This document shows positions 27,805 to 35,664 of a stretch of DNA of 64,000 nt, piece by piece (positions within the stretch are counted from its first letter, which is position 1; each line of letters begins with the position of its first letter). Both the position numbers and the translations under genes were made by a program. The notes beneath the pieces were generated by a model. The model made no database searches. It was not told the origin of the DNA and worked only from the letters and a program-made list of their open reading frames with translations. Source of the stretch: Dehalococcoidia bacterium (lineage in GTDB: Bacteria; Chloroflexota; Dehalococcoidia; Lucifugimonadales; QGNO01); assembly GCA_965248955.1 (NCBI GenBank), contig OZ252212.1, positions 1,217,266 to 1,281,265 on the forward strand, given 5' to 3'.

Positions 27805-29279
27805 ACGCTGCCGGGGCTGCCATCGCCTCCCTGCGCTCCTCGCAGTGGGTGGTCTTGGGAATTCTTTGCCTGGGAGTGTTCTCCACGGCTCTGGACCAGA
27901 CTGTCGTGGTCGCGGCGCTGCCCAGCGTCATGGTGGACCTGGAAATCCCCCTCACGGATCTGGACAGGGCAGCTTGGATAGTAACCGGGTATCTGATCAG
28001 TTACACCGTAGCCATGCCCCTGGCGGGGCGGCTGTCCGACGTTTATGGGCGGGTCAGGATGTTCCAAGCGGCGCTGGTCGTGTTCGCCATCGGGTCGGCG
28101 CTGGTGGCGGTTGCGCCAAACTTCGAATGGGTGGTAGCGGCCAGGGTGCTCCAGGCGTTTGGCGGCGGCGCAACGGTGCCCATAGGTCTGGCCATGGCAG
28201 TGGCGGCCGTAGCGCCGGAGAGAAGGGGAGTTGCCCTGGGACTCGTGGCCGCATCGGCTGAAGCTGGGTCGGTCTTGGGCCCCCTCTATGGAGGAGGCAT
28301 AATCTCGTGGCTCGGTTGGCGGTGGATATTCTGGCTGGACATACCCCAGAGCTTCATCCTGATAGCAATTATGGCCATCTTGCCAAACCGCTCCAATCCG
28401 GAGGCTAAGATGGACTACTCCGGCGCTCTGATATTGGCTGGGGCGCTCACCGTGCTTACCATGGGGCTGTCCCAGAGAAGCATATTTTCCGGAGAGTCCA
28501 TAGTACCGTACTTGATGATAGCTTTTGGAGTCTTTCTTGTGGGCATATTGATTGTGATAGAAAGGCGCACGGCCCAGCCTTTGCTGGCTTCTTTCCTATA
28601 CGGCTCCAGGGCGTTCCTGTCATCCAACATTGCCCAGTTCCTGGTGGGGGTTGCCTTGATTATTGCCTTGGTAGCTGTGCCCGTGATGGCCGCCACCGTC
28701 ATGGAGAAGGGGCCCTGGGAAAGCGCCCTTCACCTGATCCGCCTTACGGCCGCCATTCCGGTGGGGGCGGTGGTGGGAGGCTATATCCTGCGCTGGACTG
28801 GAGTGAGACCGGTGTGCATAACTGGTCTTGCGTTCATTGGGACGGGCCTGCTGTTCATGAGCGGCTGGGAGACGGAGGTAGAGCAGCTCAAGCTGACCGT
28901 GCCCCTGATCACGGCGGGGTTGGGGTTTGGGCTGGTCATCCCTTCCATAGGCGTCAGCGCTTTGAGCGCGGCGCCCAGCCACTACTGGGGCGCCGCAGCC
29001 TCATTGGTCACCGCGGCGCGAATGGTGGGCATGGCGTTGGGGCTGGCGGCCCTCTCCGCCTGGGGCATTGAACGGTTCTACAGCCTGACCGCCCACGTGA
29101 CGGTTGGATCGACATTTGAGGAGACAGAGGCGCCATTGATAGAGGCCGGGGTGACAGTGTTCCAGAACCTTTTCACCATCGCCGGATTCCTCTCCCTGTT
29201 CGCCATTCTGCCGGCCCTGCTGATGAGAGTAGAAAGGGCGGAGGGCGTCCCTGAGTCTGTGTCCACCGCCAATCTGTAG
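27801..29279 (+). CDS. DHA2-type (14-TMS) MFS efflux transporter, P55/Rv1410c-like
   Basis: ALDQTVVVAALPSVMVDL start typical of DHA2. GRLSDVYGRVRMF motif A. About 14 hydrophobic segments. Confidence 0.85.
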   Translation: MNAAGAAIASLRSSQWVVLGILCLGVFSTALDQTVVVAALPSVMVDLEIPLTDLDRAAWIVTGYLISYTVAMPLAGRLSDVYGRVRMFQAALVVFAIGSALVAVAPNFEWVVAARVLQAFGGGATVPIGLAMAVAAVAPERRGVALGLVAASAEAGSVLGPLYGGGIISWLGWRWIFWLDIPQSFILIAIMAILPNRSNPEAKMDYSGALILAGALTVLTMGLSQRSIFSGESIVPYLMIAFGVFLVGILIVIERRTAQPLLASFLYGSRAFLSSNIAQFLVGVALIIALVAVPVMAATVMEKGPWESALHLIRLTAAIPVGAVVGGYILRWTGVRPVCITGLAFIGTGLLFMSGWETEVEQLKLTVPLITAGLGFGLVIPSIGVSALSAAPSHYWGAAASLVTAARMVGMALGLAALSAWGIERFYSLTAHVTVGSTFEETEAPLIEAGVTVFQNLFTIAGFLSLFAILPALLMRVERAEGVPESVSTANL

Positions 29280-29584
29280 AGGAATTGTTTCCAACGTTAT
29301 GTCAATTTCAAGGCTAAACGCGAACCACTTTTTTGCAAATATGGGAAACAAATCCGAAATTCGGCGGATGGTGACGTGATTTCGTAAGGTGTCTAGGGGG
29401 CGCGCCACGCCGGCGTTGTAGGGGCTGCTGAGTGCTGTTCTGCAAGTCCATGGGGATAAGGTATGGGTTGCAGCGGGGTGTTGGGAAGGAGGAGGTGTCA
29501 GGGCTTATTGGGACGTTGGCTCAGGATTCAGGTCTACCCACTTAGGTCCTCCCTACGAACAGCCCTGGATTGTTCGCTGCGCCA

Positions 29585-29614
29585 CCCCTGGATGCCTGTC
29601 GCCACGGGCATGAC
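29585..29614 (+). repeat. Hairpin repeat copy A (GGAT-stem-loop-stem-ATGAC type), upstream of the GIY-YIG gene
   Basis: CCCCTGGATGCCTGTCGCCACGGGCATGAC. The internal stem ATGCCTGT/ACGGGCAT has one G:U. It is identical to copy B except for one T/C. Confidence 0.85.
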
Positions 29615-29696
29615 ACTTATACCATTGGTATCTGTCCCGCATGGTAATATGACACAGGGTTGCGCTAGCACTACCCACTGTTGGACGGGACCCACA

Positions 29697-29981
29697 ATGA
29701 CTCCTTGCGTTTATATCCTGGCAAGCAGGCTGAAAGGAACCCTATACATAGGCGTCACCTCTAATCTCGCTCGGCGGGTCTGGGAGCATAAGAACGATTT
29801 CGTCGAGGGCTTCACCAAGCGTTATCAGGTGCATGATCTGGTCTGGTACGAGGTTCACGATTCTATGGAGAGCGCCATTAGTAGCGAGAAGGCGCTGAAG
29901 AAGTGGAACCGGGCGTGGAAGGTCAGGTTGATTGAGGAAGGGAATCCTTGGTGGTCGGACTTGCACGAGCAGATTTTGTGA
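29697..29981 (+). CDS. Small stand-alone GIY-YIG nuclease-family protein (94 aa)
   Basis: CVYILASRLKGTLYIGVTSNLARRVWEHK (GIY..YIG..R..EH), then KKWNRAWKVRLIE. The ORF track extends to 29463, but homology starts at the ATG at 29697. Confidence 0.85.
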   Translation: MTPCVYILASRLKGTLYIGVTSNLARRVWEHKNDFVEGFTKRYQVHDLVWYEVHDSMESAISSEKALKKWNRAWKVRLIEEGNPWWSDLHEQIL

Positions 29982-30021
29982 GCTTCGGCCTGTCGTGGCG
30001 CCACATCCAGGCAGTGCCCCG

Positions 30022-30051
30022 CCCCTGGATGCCCGTCGCCACGGGCATGAC
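30022..30051 (+). repeat. Hairpin repeat copy B, downstream of the GIY-YIG gene
   Basis: CCCCTGGATGCCCGTCGCCACGGGCATGAC, with perfect 8-bp stem ATGCCCGT/ACGGGCAT. It is preceded by an inverted partial copy CGTGGCGCCACATCCAGG (29994-30011). Confidence 0.85.
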
Positions 30052-30107
30052 GTACTAGCTCACCATATGAGGGGGGTATGACGAAGGGTCGCCGCTTCCA
30101 ACGTCGC

Positions 30108-30158
30108 TCCCCGCTCCGCCGGATTGCTTCGGTATCCTCGCAATGACGGAGCGGGGAG
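30108..30158 (+). repeat. Nested inverted repeat containing hairpin repeat copy C
   Basis: Outer 12-bp arms CTCCCCGCTCCG / CGGAGCGGGGAG enclose GGATTGCTTCGGTATCCTCGCAATGACG (30121-30148). This has the same GGAT..ATGAC architecture and is the near-exact reverse complement of 50834-50859. Confidence 0.75.
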
Positions 30159-30389
30159 GTCCCCGACAAAAAGCGGAAAACGTGCGTTGAGGTCTTGTTG
30201 ACTGTTGCATAGGGTGCTATGATGCTACCCGCAAGGGGCAGTGGTGCCTGAACAGTGAGGGCAACACGCCTGCATTGTTGTCTGCAAAGGAGTTGACAAC
30301 ATTTCCGTATTGGTGTTAAAGTGCGCCGAGTTGCGCGAATTATGTTTTCGATATTCGAGCCAACCTACAAGGGCGAAGTGAGGAGTCCT

Positions 30390-33300
30390 ATGTCTAATCG
30401 GTCCTATAAAGCATTACTTTGGGTAGCGGTCGTCGGTGCTCTGCTGGCGATCCTGATATTCCCCATAACCTTATCTGCACAGCAAGTCCCAGGGACTACC
30501 GACACCATTGAGTATCCTGAGAATGGCACGGATCCGGTGCGGACCTTCGAGTCTGACGACCCCGAAGGGGCCGACATCATCTGGGCGGTAAGAGGAGTCG
30601 ACGCCGCCGATTTCACCATCGACAGCAGCGGCGTGCTTACCTTCAATAAGTCGCCCGACTACGAGGCCCCGACGGACAGAGCGCAAGCTCTCCTCGCTGT
30701 GGACCTGAATGGTAACAGCGTCCTGACTGACCCTGGTGAGACTCTTGCAGCAGTCACCGGCGGCGACAACAATTACCAGATAACGGTGAGCGCCACCGAG
30801 ACCTGGGACGGAGTGGACGAAACGCTCCCCGCCAAGAGGACAGACATAGGCCTCACAGTGGAAGTGCAAAACGAGGATGACACCGGTGATCTGAGCCTGC
30901 GCTGGCTGCAGCCTGAGGTTGGCAGGCCGATAAGAGCCGACCTGACCGACCCGGATACGGAAACCACTCCGGCCGGTACTATCGACACTACCAGCACAGG
31001 CCTTGGTTGGGCGTGGTCCATCTCCAAGGTTGCCGACTCCGAGGTGGGCACCGAGTTCCATTGGAACCCATTGACCGGTAACGGTGCAGATACAGCGATT
31101 TATACTCCGCAGCTGGTGGACGTGGGCAATTACCTGCGGGTCGTGGTTAAATATACGGATCCACAATCCTCCACTACCGTCAGGGAACTGCGGTTCAAGT
31201 CTGTAGAACCTGTGCGGGCCGCGCCGTCTCTCAACGCCAACGGCTCCCCGGACTTCGGCCAGGAAACGGACGCCATAACGGTGTCCGAGAGCCTTGCCGT
31301 GGGCTCCGAAGTGGGCAGCACGGCTCAAGCTACTGATCCCGACCCGGAGGATGTACTGACCTACGAGCTGGACGACGACGCTGATCCCACCACTGCCCCT
31401 GCCAACGATGCCCTGTTCTTCAACATTGACAAGACGGGAGGACCGATCACGCTGGCCAGTAAGCTGGACGCCGACGCACAACATGACACTAACGGTGACA
31501 ATAGCATAGACAGTAGCGACGCATTGGCTGGAACGTACACGGTAATTGTGAGGGTCACCGACCCCTCCGGAGATAGCGACGACCTCACGGTCACCATCAC
31601 CGCGGGGCTCGCCAACGAGGCGCCGAGCATAGCGGGACGGGCCGAGCTCACGGTCTATGAAGACGACGGTTACAATGAATTCAACACCGACCCTTCTGGC
31701 AGCGCCACGGTGCCGAGCCAGTACGAAGCTACTCAAGAAGACGACAGAGACTCCATTGCTAGCTGGGCCCTGGAGGGCGACGACGCGGACGCCTTCGATC
31801 TCGGCGGGCCGCTCGAGCCGCGCTACCTGAACTTCAAGTCTATGCCGGACTTCGAGAATCCGACCGACGCGAACAAGGACAACGTCTACGAGGTGACCAT
31901 TGTCGCCACGGACACCGTCGAGTCCCCGGACGCCGGCGTGGGCAAGACAAACGTATGGGTAATCGTCGAAAACGTTGAGGAAGCAGGGAGTGTGGTGTTT
32001 GTAGAGGGAGAGACGGCCTACCTCAATGAGGAGCTGGTGGCCGAGGTGCAGGACGCGGACGACCACGGCGGCGACCTGGGCGAGCCCTACCAGGGCGTCC
32101 ACGTCGTCAGCTGGCAGTGGTCCAGGTCACTAACTGGGGCGACATTTACAAACATAGTCGGCGAAACCACAAACAGGTACACTCCCACGGCGGAAGACAG
32201 GGGTTACTTCCTGCAGGTAACGGCGACGTACACCGACCCGTTCAGTGCAGCTGATATTCTAACCACGCAAGACGACGAGCGCGTTGGTGTCAGCGCTACC
32301 CCCGTCCCCACCGACTCCCTGAGGGTGGTGTCGGTGACAACGGACAAAGCGGTTAGGCTTGCTCCTGGCCTGGCCAGCGCCCCCATGTTCTCCGGCGTAG
32401 ACAGCAGCGGCGCGGTGACCAGGAACGTGGCCGAGAACACCGGCCCCGGCGGAAACGTCGGCGCTCCGGTGGCGGCCACCGGGCCTGGAACTTTGACCTA
32501 CGAACTGGAGGGGACCGACGCACAGTACTTCAACATTGGCAGCAATGGTCAGATTACGGTGGGCGGCGACGACCCAGGGACTGGTAGCGTCACTGAAGCG
32601 GGCGCCGACCCCTTGCTGGACTTTGACGACGACAGCAAGAAGCAGAGCTTCAGCGTCGTTGTCAAGGCCACGGGCTCGGATAGCCAGACCGCTACGGTCA
32701 CCGTGAACATCGTGGTGACCGACATCAACGAGCCGCCCCTGGTGAAGGAAGGCGACGTCAACATAGCTAACCAAGCTACGTTGACGGAGAACTACCCCGA
32801 GGTCAAGGACAACGCGCCGAATACCGATGCGGTAGCCACCTACGTGGGGAGCGACCCGGAGGGTCAGCCCATCATATGGGACATGAGAGGCGCAGACGCC
32901 TCCTTCTTCACCATCACCGGCGGCGTGCTCAAGTTCAAGACACCGCCCGATGCCGAGAACCCGAGATCCCGGTCGGGCGACAACACGGCTACGCCCGCTG
33001 CCCTGGGTACGCCTGACGAGGCGGCTGATAACATATACAGCGTACAGGTGAGGGCCATTGCCACTAGGGTATCAGGCGACACCGGACCGGCTCAGACGGT
33101 GGAGTTCATTGTGAACGTCACCGTTGACCCTGTGGACGAGAAAGGGACGTTACTCCTGACACGACTGCAGCCTGAGGCCGATGACAGTGATAGCAGTAAT
33201 AGTGACACTGATTACAACATTCCTAATGCCACTAGGGCGATAGGGGTTATAGTGACCGACCCGGACGGCCCCGCTGCCATAACTCCCACCGTGAAGTGGG

Positions 33301-35522
33301 AAGTCTCTGAAGTCGTGGAGAGCGCCCTGGATCTTGAAGACGATAACCATTGGGGTGACCCGGCTGATGGGCCCATCGCCACCGCCACCTTTACTCCGAA
33401 GGATGGCGACGTGGGCAAGTTCCTGCGGGTAACGGTGACTTACGCTGACAGCGACACCTTTTTGGCAACCGACACAGTACAGGTGATGTCGCTGTACAAG
33501 GTGCAGGCGGAGGAGGGCGGATATGCCAACGGGTCTCCTGACTTTATAGACGATGAGGTCACCATAACTGTGGCCGAGAGCCTTACCGTGGACTCCGACG
33601 TGGGCAGCGCGGTTGGGGTCCGGACAGGAGGGACCACCGCAAAGGACAGACTGACCTACTCACTAGTAGCGGACGGGACCCACACCGCCGATATTGGTTA
33701 CTTCAACATTAACCAGGCGACGGGACAGATCACGCTGGCAGGGGAGCTGGACGCTGACGCACAACGTGACAGTGACGCAGACGGTGACATAGACAGTGAC
33801 GACCTAGCGGCTGGAGAGTACAAGGTAAACGTCATGGCCACCGACCCCAGCGGCCTCTCCGACATTGTCGCTGTGGTCATCACGGCCAGCAAAGTAAACG
33901 ACATCCCGGTATTGGGTGGGACTGGACGGCCGGAGCTGACCATCGAGGAGAACAGAGATGGGCATACGGGAGTAGACAATCCGTCAGATCAGGTGTTTGA
34001 TGGAAACGTAGCAAGCGCAGCCCCAACCGTAAACGTTTACACGGTGACTGATGACGACGGTAGTCATGCAAGCATCGCAACCTGGAGATTGGAGGGAGCC
34101 GACGCGGGCGACTTACAGCTCGTTAGCACCGGAGGACGCACCCTTATCTTCAAGAATGCGCCGGACTATGAAAACCCGGCCGACGCCGACGGGGACAACG
34201 TGTACAAGGTGACGATTGTGGCCATCGACAACGACGACGGCCGCGCCGAGTTCGATGTGTCCATAGCCGTCAGCAACGCCAATGAGGGCGGTGAGGTAAC
34301 GCTGCTCGACGCCAACGGCAACGAGGTGGTGCAGCCCCATGCCCATGGCGAGATAACCGCCGAGCTGACCGACCAGGACGGCGGCGTTAGCGGTGTGACC
34401 TGGGCGTGGACAAAGAACGCCACCAACAATACGGGCGATACTTTTGCTGCCATAACCGATGCCGACGGCATCGCCATCATCAGCGCCAGCTACACGCCGA
34501 CCAACGACGACACGGGCGATTTCCTGAGGGTGACGGCGACCTACAGAGACCTGTTGAGCAGTGCTGCTGGAGACCGCACGGCGGTGGTTACAACCACTTA
34601 TTCGGTCCTGGAAGGGGCAGCATTGGGACAGGCGCCTGAGTTCGTTTCGGGTGGTAACGACGTAACGTCCGTTGAAGTTGAAGTGGCTGAGAACTCGCCT
34701 TCGAGTGCTTACGTGGGCGCGCCGCTCCTCGCGGCGACCGACCCGGACGGCGGCAGCGCCGGGCTCGTCTACACGCTGGAGGACGTAGAGGATGGCGACG
34801 ATGCGAAGTACTTCGCGTTACTCCAACGGGGCAGCGTAAACACCCGTCAGTTGGTGGTTGCGCAGCCAATCGTAGATGGTACATTGTATTACCCAGTGGA
34901 GTTGGACAGCGAAGACAGCGATAAGAATTCGTTCACTGTGGTGCTCGAGGCCAGCGACGGGCAGCTGTCTGACACCCTAACCGTGACCATCACGGTGACG
35001 GACAGGAACGAGGCTCCGTCGGTGCCGGCAGAAGCTGAGGAAGGCGCCATTACGACGCCGACCAACAACGCGCCTGCGTTCCCGGACACGGAGACCGGCA
35101 TGCGAAGTGTGGATGAGGGTACGGGGGCCGGTGTGGACATTGGAGACCCGGTTGCGGCCACGGACGCCGACGACGACACGCTGACCTACGAGCTGAGCGA
35201 CACGGTTGCCGACTCAGGCGACGCGGCTACCTTCAGCATCGACGCCGCCACCGGCCAGCTGTCGACGGCGGACGTAGTTCCGGATGTCGCCACCAAGGAG
35301 ACGTATGCCGTCACGGTAACCGCCGATGACGGAACGGACACCGTCAGCGTCGACGTGACCATCACGGTGACCGCGGTGGTTGACACCGGCTACGACGCCA
35401 ACGGCGACGGGATTATAGACGGCGATGAGGTCATCCAAGCCGTAAGGGACTATTTTGCCGGCATCATTACCGGACCTGAGGTGATAGAGGTCGTTAGGCT
35501 CTACTTCGAAGGCAGGTCCTAG
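30390..35522 (+). CDS. Giant secreted cadherin-repeat adhesin (1710 aa) with C-terminal EF-hand/dockerin-like tail
   Basis: GAGGAG Shine-Dalgarno 6 nt upstream of the ATG at 30390, then signal peptide MSNRSYKALLWVAVVGALLAILIFPITLSA. The GTG at 30321 in the ORF track lies in a promoter-like region. There are about 9 cadherin-like modules (..V.EN...G..VG.PV.ATD.D...LTY.L.G.DA..F.ID..TG.I......LD.E....Y.V.V.A.D.......V.I.V.N.NE.P). There are also 4 Ig-like modules with W.W......W..I.GA....YTP...D.G..LRV.ATY.D. Together they form two ~750-aa super-repeats (about 30483-32736 and 32736-35001). The tail is DANGDGIIDGDEVIQAVRDYFAGIITGPEVIEVVRLYFEGRS. Confidence 0.85.
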   Translation: MSNRSYKALLWVAVVGALLAILIFPITLSAQQVPGTTDTIEYPENGTDPVRTFESDDPEGADIIWAVRGVDAADFTIDSSGVLTFNKSPDYEAPTDRAQALLAVDLNGNSVLTDPGETLAAVTGGDNNYQITVSATETWDGVDETLPAKRTDIGLTVEVQNEDDTGDLSLRWLQPEVGRPIRADLTDPDTETTPAGTIDTTSTGLGWAWSISKVADSEVGTEFHWNPLTGNGADTAIYTPQLVDVGNYLRVVVKYTDPQSSTTVRELRFKSVEPVRAAPSLNANGSPDFGQETDAITVSESLAVGSEVGSTAQATDPDPEDVLTYELDDDADPTTAPANDALFFNIDKTGGPITLASKLDADAQHDTNGDNSIDSSDALAGTYTVIVRVTDPSGDSDDLTVTITAGLANEAPSIAGRAELTVYEDDGYNEFNTDPSGSATVPSQYEATQEDDRDSIASWALEGDDADAFDLGGPLEPRYLNFKSMPDFENPTDANKDNVYEVTIVATDTVESPDAGVGKTNVWVIVENVEEAGSVVFVEGETAYLNEELVAEVQDADDHGGDLGEPYQGVHVVSWQWSRSLTGATFTNIVGETTNRYTPTAEDRGYFLQVTATYTDPFSAADILTTQDDERVGVSATPVPTDSLRVVSVTTDKAVRLAPGLASAPMFSGVDSSGAVTRNVAENTGPGGNVGAPVAATGPGTLTYELEGTDAQYFNIGSNGQITVGGDDPGTGSVTEAGADPLLDFDDDSKKQSFSVVVKATGSDSQTATVTVNIVVTDINEPPLVKEGDVNIANQATLTENYPEVKDNAPNTDAVATYVGSDPEGQPIIWDMRGADASFFTITGGVLKFKTPPDAENPRSRSGDNTATPAALGTPDEAADNIYSVQVRAIATRVSGDTGPAQTVEFIVNVTVDPVDEKGTLLLTRLQPEADDSDSSNSDTDYNIPNATRAIGVIVTDPDGPAAITPTVKWEVSEVVESALDLEDDNHWGDPADGPIATATFTPKDGDVGKFLRVTVTYADSDTFLATDTVQVMSLYKVQAEEGGYANGSPDFIDDEVTITVAESLTVDSDVGSAVGVRTGGTTAKDRLTYSLVADGTHTADIGYFNINQATGQITLAGELDADAQRDSDADGDIDSDDLAAGEYKVNVMATDPSGLSDIVAVVITASKVNDIPVLGGTGRPELTIEENRDGHTGVDNPSDQVFDGNVASAAPTVNVYTVTDDDGSHASIATWRLEGADAGDLQLVSTGGRTLIFKNAPDYENPADADGDNVYKVTIVAIDNDDGRAEFDVSIAVSNANEGGEVTLLDANGNEVVQPHAHGEITAELTDQDGGVSGVTWAWTKNATNNTGDTFAAITDADGIAIISASYTPTNDDTGDFLRVTATYRDLLSSAAGDRTAVVTTTYSVLEGAALGQAPEFVSGGNDVTSVEVEVAENSPSSAYVGAPLLAATDPDGGSAGLVYTLEDVEDGDDAKYFALLQRGSVNTRQLVVAQPIVDGTLYYPVELDSEDSDKNSFTVVLEASDGQLSDTLTVTITVTDRNEAPSVPAEAEEGAITTPTNNAPAFPDTETGMRSVDEGTGAGVDIGDPVAATDADDDTLTYELSDTVADSGDAATFSIDAATGQLSTADVVPDVATKETYAVTVTADDGTDTVSVDVTITVTAVVDTGYDANGDGIIDGDEVIQAVRDYFAGIITGPEVIEVVRLYFEGRS

Positions 35523-35532
35523 GACAATTTCA

Positions 35533-35570
35533 CTGACAGGTCCAGCTATGCAATGAGCTGGGCCTGTCAG
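35533..35570 (+). terminator. 15-bp hairpin between the two surface-protein genes (possible attenuator/terminator)
   Basis: CTGACAGGTCCAGCT, loop atgcaatg, AGCTGGGCCTGTCAG (one G:U). It starts 11 nt after the TAG at 35522. Only a weak T-rich stretch follows (catcatttgtttgg). Confidence 0.4.
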
Positions 35571-35664
35571 CAATGAAGGTCATCATTTGTTTGGATGGCT
35601 TTTGATGAGAAAGTGACCGTTTGTGAGCCAGTAAAGCAGACGGAATCGATAAGGAGAAGAAGAC

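Noticed and set aside
26733-28067. 444-aa minus-strand ORF, the longest ORF in this stretch
   Set aside because: It runs antisense to the well-supported lprG-like and MFS genes and has low-complexity Ser/Pro/Gly/Arg-rich composition. It has no motif and starts in the tRNA-proximal spacer. This is a typical shadow ORF of GC-rich DNA.
30291-30326. TTGACA-17-TTAAAG promoter-like pair upstream of the adhesin gene
   Set aside because: The -35 is perfect but the -10 matches only 3/6, which is too weak to annotate. It is noted only as support for rejecting the GTG at 30321 as the start.
30471-32102. 543-aa minus-strand ORF inside the giant adhesin gene
   Set aside because: It is antisense to a gene with clear cadherin periodicity, a Shine-Dalgarno and a signal peptide. 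The translation is Arg/Gly/Val-rich nonsense.
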